A stretch of 60,485 nt of DNA, filler included, from 4 parts of 4 records of this genome joined end to end with filler, not necessarily neighbours in it; one strand, 5' to 3'. Shown: positions 47,289-57,035, counted from the first letter of the whole stretch. Notes: generated by a model from the sequence alone, not told the origin. Made by a program: numbers and translations.

Positions 47289-47312
47289 AACTTACCTGTT
47301 TTAACTTACCTG
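47285..47312. repeat. 14-bp tandem duplication
   Basis: TTTTAACTTACCTG x2. Confidence 0.6.
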
Positions 47313-47383
47313 TTTCAGCTTCATTTTCAAATAACTCCTCAGTGCTATTAAGTGTAAGCTCTATTGCTTAGCAAAAGCCTTCA

Positions 47384-48979
47384 ATGTACCCTTTGTTAAC
47401 CTTTTTAGCTCAGTCAATCTCTATGTACAAGCGCAAACTTTTTTACTTTGGTCTAACCACCGCTTTTATTTTATTTTTGGCGCTACTGAGCACCGCAATC
47501 TCCGCTCATTTAACTCGCGAAAACTTGCAGCAAAGTAATATTGCTCAGTCATTATTGGTCGAACATGAAAAGCTCTCGAGCATTTCTTACCGGTTATTTA
47601 AGCAATTAACCGATGAAATTATTTTTGGCCAAAATGCTAACCAAGCCTATGTTCGTAAAAAGCAAAACCTGATCCAACAATCAATCAGTCAAATTAAAAA
47701 ACTAGAGATCGAACAGCGTAACGCGCTCGGCTTATCTTTTACCAAAGGTAGCATTGAAGACACCGATGAACTGGTACGACTCATTGATGAAATCACCGTT
47801 GAATTTAGAGCCGTAGTTAGTAGCGGTAATACAGCCCCTTTAAATCAGCAAGCGCAGCTAAAGCGTTTACTTGAGGTCACTATTGATGACCAATTTAGAG
47901 AAGCAATCAACTCTGCTGTAGCACGGCAAACCCGAGTGGTGGCAGCAATCAACGCCAAAATTGAGATGCTCAACACCACCATTTTATGGTTTGCAATTGG
48001 CTTAGGTGCGCTTTCTATTCCGTTAATCTTGTACGGTTGTTATTGGTTGTTTAACCAGCTTTATCAACCACTAATACTAATTGCTAACGCAACTAACTCG
48101 ATTGCGTTAGGCCATTATCAAAAACCAATTTCAGTAACGCTCGATGATGAATTTGAAGAACTCGCCACATCGATAAACCAACTTGCGCTGCGCCTGCAAG
48201 AGCACGAAAAAAACGCAATACAATCAAGAAAACAATTAGAACTTGAAGTTCAACAGCGTACCAGTGAACTCACTGAAGCCAACCTGCTACTTACTAAAAT
48301 TGATTCAAGGCGCCGCCAATTTATTGCTGATGTATCACATGAACTGCGTACACCACTGACCATCATTCGTGGCGAGGCACAAGTAACACTGCGCATGCAG
48401 TCTGTGTCGGTTGATGACTTTAACCAAACGTTACAGTCGATACTTGGGCAAGCACTCAGTTTAAGCCGCTTAGTAGATGATTTATTGCTATTAACGCGGG
48501 CTGAAATGAACCAAATAAACCTTGAGGTTACACCAACCACAATCATACCCTTGGTTGAGTCAGAGGTTGTCAAATGGCAAAAACTCAATGTAACTCGAAC
48601 GATCACATTCGACGCCGATGCAAACTTAAACGAACTACTTGTGACTATTGATACGCAAAGGATCCAACAAGTACTGGCGATTTTATTTGATAACGCAATT
48701 AAGTATTCAAAGTCAGATCAACCAATCGAAATTACGCTAGCTAAGGCCAACTCAATGCTCACCATTGCCATTAAAGATTATGGCGAAGGGATCTCAGCAG
48801 CTGAAGTTGACAATATTTTTGAGCGCTTTGTGCGTTTTAGTAAACATAGTGAGGGCTTAGGGCTTGGCCTACCAATCGCAAAAGCCATTGTTGAGGCTCA
48901 CGATGGCACAATCAGTGTTACCTCAACGCAAGGCCAAGGTTCGGTATTTTCTGTTGCTCTACCACTGGGATACACATAA
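47384..48979 (+). CDS. Sensor histidine kinase (2 TM, HAMP, HisKA, HATPase)
   Basis: SHELRTPLT, DNAIKYS, DYGEGI, GLGLGL; start may be 47423. Confidence 0.93.
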   Translation: MYPLLTFLAQSISMYKRKLFYFGLTTAFILFLALLSTAISAHLTRENLQQSNIAQSLLVEHEKLSSISYRLFKQLTDEIIFGQNANQAYVRKKQNLIQQSISQIKKLEIEQRNALGLSFTKGSIEDTDELVRLIDEITVEFRAVVSSGNTAPLNQQAQLKRLLEVTIDDQFREAINSAVARQTRVVAAINAKIEMLNTTILWFAIGLGALSIPLILYGCYWLFNQLYQPLILIANATNSIALGHYQKPISVTLDDEFEELATSINQLALRLQEHEKNAIQSRKQLELEVQQRTSELTEANLLLTKIDSRRRQFIADVSHELRTPLTIIRGEAQVTLRMQSVSVDDFNQTLQSILGQALSLSRLVDDLLLLTRAEMNQINLEVTPTTIIPLVESEVVKWQKLNVTRTITFDADANLNELLVTIDTQRIQQVLAILFDNAIKYSKSDQPIEITLAKANSMLTIAIKDYGEGISAAEVDNIFERFVRFSKHSEGLGLGLPIAKAIVEAHDGTISVTSTQGQGSVFSVALPLGYT

Positions 48980-49656
48980 TGAATATTTTACTCGCAGATG
49001 ACGAGCAACCGCTGTTAAATTTTCTCTCACGAGGATTACGTAGCGAAGGCTATGAATGCACCAGCATTAATGAATTACATGAAGTACTGCCATTTATTAA
49101 AAAAAATTCGCCGCAAATAGTGATACTCGATAGACTATTTGGCAACCAAGATAGTTTAACAATACTTGAGGTACTCAAAACTCTTCCTAATCCTCCTATG
49201 ATTTTGATGTTAACCGCATTAGATGAAGTACCCGAGCGGGTTAAAGGGCTGGAAATGGGCGCTGACGATTACTTGTGCAAACCTTTTGATTTTGATGAAC
49301 TATTAGCCCGTGTCCTCGCTTTAAAACGGCGTATGACAGCGCCACAACAGCAGAATCAAACAACGCTAAATATCGGCTCATTGACGCTGAATATTCAGCA
49401 ACGTATTGCCTTACTTAACGAGCAAGAATTACCACTGACTAAAATTGAGTTTGAGCTACTGCTGTATTTTGTTGAAAACCAAGACAAGGTATTGTCCCGT
49501 GAGCGGATACTGAGTAGGGTCTGGCAAACTTACAGTGAGCCCAATACCAATATTATTGATGTGTATGTCAGCCGACTCAGAAAGAAAATAGAAACGCAGC
49601 CCAATTTAGCTATTCAAACCTTGCGCGGCAATGGCTACCGAATGAGCTTAAGATAG
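48979..49656 (+). CDS. OmpR/PhoB-family response regulator
   Basis: LADDE, ILD, LTA, GADDYLCKPF, winged helix DVYVSRLRKK, RGNGY. Confidence 0.95.
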   Translation: MNILLADDEQPLLNFLSRGLRSEGYECTSINELHEVLPFIKKNSPQIVILDRLFGNQDSLTILEVLKTLPNPPMILMLTALDEVPERVKGLEMGADDYLCKPFDFDELLARVLALKRRMTAPQQQNQTTLNIGSLTLNIQQRIALLNEQELPLTKIEFELLLYFVENQDKVLSRERILSRVWQTYSEPNTNIIDVYVSRLRKKIETQPNLAIQTLRGNGYRMSLR

Positions 49657-49691
49657 CGCGAGCCGAGTGCTCGCGCATAAATTTTTTATGA

Positions 49692-50570
49692 TTACTGAGA
49701 GATAGGTGACAATAATTTAGGGTTTTGTACTAAGTTACGTACACCATGGGCGTGATCTTCATTAAATACATTATCATCACACCACTCGCTAACACTGTTT
49801 ATATCTACCACGGCGACAAGTGGCCGCACACTCCAACTTACCTGAATTGGTGATGCTTTTTCATTGTAAGCAGGGCCCGTGGTTGAGCCTAGATATTCAA
49901 CCGGGATCCCCATATTTGTCGGTATATTGGGTGCTTGATAATAACCATTAACTTGCTCAATTTCAGCAAGCTCACCAAAGTTAACAGCCTGTTTATCATT
50001 AGCCAGCACAATTACCTGTCCTTCGACACGAAAAGCAGGGTTCATCGTGCTATCCGCCAAACAAGCACCTAAAGTCGGCCCTGGGCTTACTTGTGCTGAC
50101 GAATACACAAAGTGTACCTCTAGAGTATCACCCACTTTTAATGAATCAGCTTTTGCAGCGCATACCTTACCCTCAACAGGCTTTAGTTGTGCTGCTGACA
50201 ACATGCCATCGTAGACGTAACCAGTATTATGCCCTTTGCCATCACCATTGCCTGCAAAGGTAGTAAACTCACCGCCTTTATGTTCAGCGTTTTTATGAAA
50301 ATGAATATTACATAAATTAAGATCACTACGACTGGGTGCCTTTGCAAAGCTACGTAAGTTGGTACCATAATATTGGTCGATATCACGCGGAGATTGTGGC
50401 CCAAAGCCTTTACCATGAGTATTTTTCTCAAGCACAGCTCGCTGCTCAGCAACCGCACTATCATTTATAGTCTCAGCACTGACAACTGCGCTGGTTACAA
50501 CCACTGTAGACACACTCATTAACCATGCACATTTTGCAAAAATTGCTGCTTTTTTTTGTTTCACTTTCAT
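49692..50570 (-). CDS. Exported delta-class carbonic anhydrase homolog
   Basis: Signal peptide; PQSPRDI, NLCNIHFHKNAEHK, GDTLEVHFVYSS, YLGSTTGP, VSWSV, HAHGVR. Confidence 0.8.
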   Translation of the reverse strand: MKVKQKKAAIFAKCAWLMSVSTVVVTSAVVSAETINDSAVAEQRAVLEKNTHGKGFGPQSPRDIDQYYGTNLRSFAKAPSRSDLNLCNIHFHKNAEHKGGEFTTFAGNGDGKGHNTGYVYDGMLSAAQLKPVEGKVCAAKADSLKVGDTLEVHFVYSSAQVSPGPTLGACLADSTMNPAFRVEGQVIVLANDKQAVNFGELAEIEQVNGYYQAPNIPTNMGIPVEYLGSTTGPAYNEKASPIQVSWSVRPLVAVVDINSVSEWCDDNVFNEDHAHGVRNLVQNPKLLSPISQ

Positions 50571-50711
50571 TTATGCCTTTAATAAAATTAATAAAGTCAT
50601 AGTATTGAAAGTATCTAAAAAAGACTTATCAGCAACATTAAAATAAGATTAAAAAAGTGAGTTTAAGCAAACCACCAGCACAGAGCCGTTTATTTGATAT
50701 AACACTGAACC

Positions 50712-50960
50712 TTAATGCGTTTTCTGCGGGCCGCGACGCACTAAGTCCTTGCCGTTTTCAAACACCTCTTGCGTTACCCAACGCCCTAGCAGCAACTTAT
50801 GGTCATCATCAAGTACCGCGACAAACGGACGACCATTAGTGTTATTGGTGGCTAACGCCACCCCCGCTACGTTCTTTAAACCTAGGCCACCATTATCAAT
50901 CAGTAATAAAAATGCTTCTAGTTCTTCAAGGGTGTCGATTAAATCGTTATCGTTGATCAT
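50712..50960 (-). CDS. Hypothetical protein (82 aa)
   Basis: Protein-like composition, AGAG RBS-like sequence upstream of MINDNDL; no family recognised. Confidence 0.65.
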   Translation of the reverse strand: MINDNDLIDTLEELEAFLLLIDNGGLGLKNVAGVALATNNTNGRPFVAVLDDDHKLLLGRWVTQEVFENGKDLVRRGPQKTH

Positions 50961-51113
50961 ATTATTTACTCTGTTACTTCTAATGCGTGAAGGATAACAG
51001 TTTGCTAGCATTGCCTCTAGGATTAGCCAACTATCGTTTTAATTTGCACTCACATTATAACAGTAGGATAGTAAGCAAAAGCCTACTCATTAGCAGATAT
51101 TTTTAGGACACAC

Positions 51114-52262
51114 ATGATCAAACTAATTTTAAGCACGAGCTTACTTTTATCCTCTTTTTCAACAATAAGTGCCTCTTTAACAGTTGAAGAACAGCGCATT
51201 GAAAAAGCCAGCACCGCCATGCCAGAGGTTTTAGCCGCATTTTCTAAAGAGATAACTCAATTTGAGCAACGCTGGAAAAACCTAAAAAGCTATAAACAGG
51301 CGACTGATTTAGTCCATGATTATTCAAGCCAACTATGGCTGGATGCAAAGCAACGTATCATAACAAGTAAAAGCTATGATGATCGCGAGCTTTACTGGGC
51401 ACGGTTACTTTCAAGTAAAACGATCCGCAACACAAAACCTGATTTTCCAATTACATCAGCAGAGCAAAGTACATTGCTAACACTGCTTGAAAATGGCAGT
51501 CGTGGCCGCACCGATTTAGCTTACTCGCAAAACACTAATAAAAAGATTTTACTAACGGGGTTTGATCCGTTTTTACTGGATAGAAATATCAATCAAAGCA
51601 ATCCTTCAGGCGTAGCGGCATTATTACTCGATGGCCAAGTGATCACCCACAATGGTATAACCGCTGAAATTAATACCGTGATGGTGCCTGTACGCTATGA
51701 GGACTTTGATCAAGGTATTATTGAGCAGCTGCTTGCGCCTTATTACGCAGTTAATAATGTAGATATGGTTGTTACTGTAAGCATGGGCGGTAAAGAATTT
51801 GATCTTGAGCGGTTTCCAGGTAAGCGCCGCAGCGTAACAGCGCCAGATAATGCTAATATCGTTTACGGTGGCACAGCAACAGCACCGTTGGTGCCAAGTC
51901 TTAATGACCGCCCATTACCCGGTAGTGAGTTTGTTCAATTTAGCTTACCTGTCTCGCAAATGCAGCAAGCCCAAGGGCAATTCAAGATAAACGATAACCA
52001 CAAAGTAATCACCCTTGAGAAAGCGTTTGAAGCAAAAACACTGGCAGAGCTTGAAGGAGCTATAGCTGTTAAAGGTGGCGGCGGTGGTTATCTGTCGAAC
52101 GAAATTTCGTATCGCAGTATTCGCCTGCGTGATGAGCTTAATTCGGATATTCCAACTGGCCATATCCACACCCCGCGTATCGCACAATTTGACCCCGCAA
52201 CTGAGGCCAAAATAGTGCAGCAAATTAAAGCAATGCTAGAGCAAAGTTTAGTCGCACTATAA
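51114..52262 (+). CDS. Secreted pyroglutamyl-peptidase I (C15)-like protein
   Basis: Signal peptide; ILLTGFDPF, NPSG, DLER, GGYLSNE, GHIHTP. Confidence 0.75.
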   Translation: MIKLILSTSLLLSSFSTISASLTVEEQRIEKASTAMPEVLAAFSKEITQFEQRWKNLKSYKQATDLVHDYSSQLWLDAKQRIITSKSYDDRELYWARLLSSKTIRNTKPDFPITSAEQSTLLTLLENGSRGRTDLAYSQNTNKKILLTGFDPFLLDRNINQSNPSGVAALLLDGQVITHNGITAEINTVMVPVRYEDFDQGIIEQLLAPYYAVNNVDMVVTVSMGGKEFDLERFPGKRRSVTAPDNANIVYGGTATAPLVPSLNDRPLPGSEFVQFSLPVSQMQQAQGQFKINDNHKVITLEKAFEAKTLAELEGAIAVKGGGGGYLSNEISYRSIRLRDELNSDIPTGHIHTPRIAQFDPATEAKIVQQIKAMLEQSLVAL

Positions 52263-52276
52263 AACCGACATTAAAA

Positions 52277-52331
52277 AACGGCTATTAGTAAACTAATAGC
52301 CGTTAGTAAGCCACCTACTCGGTGGCTTTTT
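52277..52331. terminator. Tandem hairpins between convergent genes (bidirectional termination)
   Basis: AACGGCTATTAGT-AA-ACTAATAGCCGTT preceded by an A-run; AAGCCACC-TACTC-GGTGGCTT followed by a T-run. Confidence 0.8.
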
Positions 52332-52337
52332 ATATTT

Positions 52338-53342
52338 TTAGTACAGTTCAAATACAGGTTTGCCGTTTTCATCGTATTTCACTGCAAATACCCGCGCATG
52401 ACGATTTGGATCGTAAAGCGGATCTTTAACTATTTCTGCAAGCGGACGAGTATCTGTTTTTGGCACTACACTTGGCTCACCAATAGCATCTTCATAATCA
52501 CGTGCATGATAAATACATAGCGGCGTTACATCGTCTTCTGCAACAGTAAAACAGTTATGACCTGGGCCAAAAATCTTCTTATCAACGTCTGTTTCAAGCA
52601 CTGGCATGCGTGTTTTAGTCCATGAGTTACGATCAAGTAAGTCAGCATTTTCATCTGCTTCCATATAACCCATACAATAACATGCGCCTGTGGCACTGGC
52701 TGAAAATGCAATAAAGATTTTGCCGTTGTGTTTTAATACCGCTGGGCCTTCGTTCACCCAAAAATCGACACGTTCCCAATCATAATCAGGAGTGGTCAGC
52801 ATAAACTGCACTGTTTTTAACTTGATTGGTGATTCCATCTCAGCTAAGTACAAGTTGGATGCTGCAAATTGCCCACCGGTTTTTTCAGCCCAACAAAAAT
52901 AGCGTTTGCCATTATTCTCAAAGATAGTCGCATCTAATGAAAAATCAGTGAATGACTTATCATCACCTTCAGCCGCTTGCATCATACCAAGCTCAACCCA
53001 CTCATCATTGAGCGGATCTTGGCCTTTGCACTCAAGTACATACGGACGCAGAGCCCAAATATCACCTTCTTCACTAGCAGCAAAATAGATATACCATTTG
53101 CCGTCTAAGTAATGAATTTCCGGTGCCCAAATATGACGACTCATAGGACCGCTTTCGTGCTTAAACCAAATATCAACCGTTTCTGCGTCTTTTAAACCAG
53201 CTAATGTTTTTGATTTTCTCAGCTCAATACGATCATACGTAGGCACTGAACCTGTAAAATAATAAAAGCCATCGTTGTGCTTATGCACAAATGGGTCGGC
53301 ACGCTGCTCTACTAACGGACTATTTGTTTGTATTGTCATCAC
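52338..53342 (-). CDS. GH43 glycoside hydrolase (alpha-L-arabinofuranosidase-like), no signal peptide
   Basis: QRADP (base Asp), WAPEIH, FSLDAT, VNEGP (acid Glu), GPGHN. Confidence 0.9.
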   Translation of the reverse strand: MMTIQTNSPLVEQRADPFVHKHNDGFYYFTGSVPTYDRIELRKSKTLAGLKDAETVDIWFKHESGPMSRHIWAPEIHYLDGKWYIYFAASEEGDIWALRPYVLECKGQDPLNDEWVELGMMQAAEGDDKSFTDFSLDATIFENNGKRYFCWAEKTGGQFAASNLYLAEMESPIKLKTVQFMLTTPDYDWERVDFWVNEGPAVLKHNGKIFIAFSASATGACYCMGYMEADENADLLDRNSWTKTRMPVLETDVDKKIFGPGHNCFTVAEDDVTPLCIYHARDYEDAIGEPSVVPKTDTRPLAEIVKDPLYDPNRHARVFAVKYDENGKPVFELY

Positions 53343-53506
53343 TCAACCTGATTGTTAATTTTGATTTGTATTATTTTATTACTTTTAATGTAAAAGACAA
53401 ATATAACACTATTTTTAACAAACTGTGAATGCAATTATAAACTAAAATGCCAAATCACTGGCGAACAAAAAAGCAGCATTAAGCAGCTTGATTTTGCAAC
53501 AGCTCG

Positions 53507-54640
53507 TTACGGTTTAGTTGATTTTGACTTTGCCATTGTTATGCGCAAATACCAGCGGTAACACCCTAGCCAAGCTAATGCTAAGCTTGCCAATGATACG
53601 ATAATCCACAGTATTTTCAGCGCCGTACCGCCAACACTGCCATTATGTAGTGGATGTAACCAGTTTTTGACTTGGTTACTTATTCCTTGCTGGTTAAGAT
53701 CAAATAGCTTAACCACCTCACCTGAGTGCGAGTTAATATCAATATAACTATGCGGAAAGCGAGTTGATTTATCGCCGGCTACTTGCATACGTAGTCGATA
53801 ATAGCCTTGGTTTACGCTAGGGGTTTCTATCCATGCGAGGCGTGCATTTGGCAGTTGTGTTTGTGCTATGTTGACAGCCTGACTAACACTGATTTGTGGC
53901 TGCTGAAACGTTATTGTTGCTGTGGGTCTATTAGCCGTTGTAACTTCATCAAGCGTCCACCCCAAAATAGCATTGGTCTCTTTAGGCAAAGCGAGCATTA
54001 CACCTGTGAGCGTAACAACAAGTAACGGCAACAATGCCAGTAAACCAATGGTTTTATGCCAATCGTATAAAAGCCCTAACAAAGCCGCTCGGCGTTTAAA
54101 ACGTAATTGCTTGATCCAAAAGCCTGGCTTTGGCCACCATGCAATTAAGCCACTGAGCAATAACAGTACGCAGCCAAGGCCAAGGTAACCGACAATAATG
54201 GTTCCTGTGCTACCGAGTAATAAAGCAAAATGGAGGTTATATAACCAAGTAACTAAGTAATCCCCCCAAAATGACTGCCTAAGCAATATATTGCCATCGG
54301 CTGACAGCCACACCATCATAGGAGCAAATCCCTGCCCTTGCGTTTCCTGCGGGTTATAATACCGCGCCGGAATAAATTGCTGCTCAGGCGTTACTTCAAA
54401 ACGCCACGGCCCCAATTTATCAGGGTACTGTGTGCGTAAAGTACTTAGTGCCGTATTGTAATCCGCTGGTTGCTGCACTGAGCTTGCAAGTTCGGGGTGT
54501 AGCCAAGTATCAATTTGCGGGTAATAAACCAATACAGCCCCAGACAAGCATAGCATCACAAAAACAATGCCAACGCTCAGCCCTAACCAAAGGTGCACGC
54601 GCCTTGCCAGTTTACGCCATGTCAGACGTTGCTTATTCAT
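53507..54640 (-). CDS. PepSY-associated TM helix protein
   Basis: HLWLGL, LHFALL, SGLIAWWP, DWHKTIG, LHNG. Confidence 0.9.
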   Translation of the reverse strand: MNKQRLTWRKLARRVHLWLGLSVGIVFVMLCLSGAVLVYYPQIDTWLHPELASSVQQPADYNTALSTLRTQYPDKLGPWRFEVTPEQQFIPARYYNPQETQGQGFAPMMVWLSADGNILLRQSFWGDYLVTWLYNLHFALLLGSTGTIIVGYLGLGCVLLLLSGLIAWWPKPGFWIKQLRFKRRAALLGLLYDWHKTIGLLALLPLLVVTLTGVMLALPKETNAILGWTLDEVTTANRPTATITFQQPQISVSQAVNIAQTQLPNARLAWIETPSVNQGYYRLRMQVAGDKSTRFPHSYIDINSHSGEVVKLFDLNQQGISNQVKNWLHPLHNGSVGGTALKILWIIVSLASLALAWLGCYRWYLRITMAKSKSTKP

Positions 54641-56685
54641 TAATACTTAAACTTGATGGCAGCAGATACAGCACGACCTTGTCCTGGACTATGCAATGTT
54701 TGCGAGCCATCCCACCAAACATATTCGTAATATTCATCGGTTAAATTATCAATTTGTGCACTTAACATCAGCGCCGAGTTAACTTCATACCTTGCTTTTA
54801 AGCCTAATTGAGTAAAATCACCATAGCGTCCTTGACTATTACTTGGTGTTAATTCGTAATCAGATTGCGCACGCAGTGTTGCAGCCAGATTTAATTGACT
54901 AGTGAACTGGTAATCTATTCCTGCGGTGAATAAGCGATTAGGAATATGATCAATATCATTACCTGCATACTCTGGTGTACTTGGATCAGGGGTGTCTATT
55001 TTAGCTTGCTGCCACGCAAGTGCGCCCCATAACGAAAGTTTATTGGTAGGATTCCACGATGCTTGAACATCAACACCTTTGCGTTTAGTTGCCCCTAAAT
55101 TATCAAAATCCCCGAGCGGATCATTCAATTTACGCTTAAATTCACCAGTCGCTGTTTGCTGCCATAAAGCAATCCGTATTTCACTATCTCGACTTGGCTT
55201 CCATTTCACACCAGATTCCAGCCCTTCGTTTATTGAAGGGTCTAGATCATTTTGCCTCGCACCAATCAAATAAGCACCAGAGTTTGTGCCAATCTGATAC
55301 GTTTTCCCCCAGTTAGCAAAAATGGTTAGTTGTTCAGCAGGCATAATTGCGAGCGATAATTTTGGCTGCTTAATTGCGCCATAATCGTTAATTTCAGCAT
55401 GCTCGTCGGTTAACGCGTTATAAAAACCACCATCGATCCAATCAACCCGTAAAGCTGGCGTAATACGTAACCACTTAGTCGGCTCAATCATAGTTTGTAC
55501 ATAAAGCCCTTGTACTGACAGATCAAAGTTTTGATCACGTGTTTGCTCAACAATCACTCGCTCGTCGGTTAAATACCGTTTTGATACCACATCTTGTTTC
55601 TCTATACTTGCTCCTACTTCAAACAAAAGCGTATTCAAAGCAGCGACTTTAGGCGTATAAGTTAACGATGTGCTTGCACCATAGTGTTTCTCTTTACTAA
55701 AACGGTTTTGCTGCGAGGCTTGCGCTGAAAATTTAACAAACCGGTCGTCTTCATATTCATTTAACCAAGTAAGGGCATTAAAATGAGTTTCTTCAGCTAA
55801 CTGGCTCTCTAACCCTAAACTGTATTGGCTGATGCTGCGGGAATCTTTATCTGTTTCATTGTAGGCATTACTAACATCAGGTGTTGAGTAAGCAACATCT
55901 GCGGTTAAATAACCAGGTTCTTCAGCGTTCGCTTCATAATGACGAGCACTTGCAGTGACCTCTGTATCGCTTGAAATATCATATCCCCACTTTCCTGAGA
56001 TACTTTTTTTATCAAGCGCTGAATGATCACGATAGCCCTCTTTTTCACGATAACCTATTGCGTAATTTTGTTTAAACTTGTCGCTTTCAATGCCTAATGC
56101 AGCTTCTCCTTGATACGCACCAAAACTGCCAGCAGTTAGACGACCATCTATATAATTGCCACCACTACGGGTTGCAAATGCGACATTACCGGCAATATTA
56201 TTCAGCCCATAACGGGGATCATTAGTACCACGTATAACTTCTACCGCATCTATTTCAATAGGGAAAATCATGTCAATGAACGGCATATTGCCATCATTAG
56301 TGTTGGCAGGAATGCCATCAATTAACAGCTTAATTGCATTCACAGAGCCTTCACCGTTAAAGCCCCGAAACGACAACTTGCCACTGGTAGTGCCTTGATT
56401 AAACTCAGTCAACATAACACCAGGCATTTTACCCACTAACTGCCATGCATAATCAAAATCGGTATTTTGAGCGACCTCTGCCGACATTCTATCAACAGAA
56501 GTAAGTGCTCTGGAGCTGTCTATGAATCGTGTGCCAACAACACTAATTGTATCGCCCACAACAAAACTGGTGTCCCCTAATTTTTTAGTTGGATTAGACT
56601 TTGCCTGCGGCTGGACGTGTGCATTTGCTGAATAGGTAACGAGTAAAGAAAGAACAGTAACAACAGGCAAAAATTGCTGTGCCAT
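54640..56685 (-). CDS. TonB-dependent receptor
   Basis: Signal peptide, DTISVVG TonB box, plug (RGF...LLIDGIP, VEVIRG), DNLTDEYY, terminal FKY. Confidence 0.93.
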   Translation of the reverse strand: MAQQFLPVVTVLSLLVTYSANAHVQPQAKSNPTKKLGDTSFVVGDTISVVGTRFIDSSRALTSVDRMSAEVAQNTDFDYAWQLVGKMPGVMLTEFNQGTTSGKLSFRGFNGEGSVNAIKLLIDGIPANTNDGNMPFIDMIFPIEIDAVEVIRGTNDPRYGLNNIAGNVAFATRSGGNYIDGRLTAGSFGAYQGEAALGIESDKFKQNYAIGYREKEGYRDHSALDKKSISGKWGYDISSDTEVTASARHYEANAEEPGYLTADVAYSTPDVSNAYNETDKDSRSISQYSLGLESQLAEETHFNALTWLNEYEDDRFVKFSAQASQQNRFSKEKHYGASTSLTYTPKVAALNTLLFEVGASIEKQDVVSKRYLTDERVIVEQTRDQNFDLSVQGLYVQTMIEPTKWLRITPALRVDWIDGGFYNALTDEHAEINDYGAIKQPKLSLAIMPAEQLTIFANWGKTYQIGTNSGAYLIGARQNDLDPSINEGLESGVKWKPSRDSEIRIALWQQTATGEFKRKLNDPLGDFDNLGATKRKGVDVQASWNPTNKLSLWGALAWQQAKIDTPDPSTPEYAGNDIDHIPNRLFTAGIDYQFTSQLNLAATLRAQSDYELTPSNSQGRYGDFTQLGLKARYEVNSALMLSAQIDNLTDEYYEYVWWDGSQTLHSPGQGRAVSAAIKFKY

Positions 56686-56761
56686 GACAACTCCGAATAT
56701 AAACTAGGATAGTATTAAAATTTATTCGTAATATTATACAAGCTAAGCACGTTTCACAGGG

Positions 56762-56778
56762 TGTGACATATTGTCGCA
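56762..56778. promoter_or_regulatory. Palindromic operator upstream of the TonB receptor (RegA/PrrA/RoxR-like)
   Basis: TGTGACA-TAT-TGTCGCA near-perfect inverted repeat about 80 bp upstream of the start codon. Confidence 0.5.
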
Positions 56779-57005
56779 GCCTTCATTTACAGCAAAGATA
56801 ACTAAGCATCACGAGTAACGCATAAACAGTTAAAGTCATAAAATTAAACTTACGAAATAATTAACATTTGTTCACAAAATAATTTTTTAATCACCTCCGT
56901 TTTCGTACCAAATATAGATAAATTAATCATTAAATATCAATGAAATAAGATTTACCAGCACTTAAAACCTAGCATAAGCCAGCTTAATTTTATTTTTCAA
57001 GGCAT

Positions 57006-57035
57006 TTGACAGCGTTGTCAACTGCGTGCTAGCTT
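57006..57035 (+). promoter_or_regulatory. Chitinase promoter with a LacI-type NagR-like operator over the -35
   Basis: TTGACAGCGTTGTCAA palindrome beginning with TTGACA; candidate extended -10 TGcTAGCTT. Confidence 0.7.

Noticed and set aside
56726-56742. Possible Zur box (CGTAATATTATACA) upstream of the TonB receptor
   Set aside because: Only a partial match in AT-rich DNA and equally explained as the minus-strand -10 element
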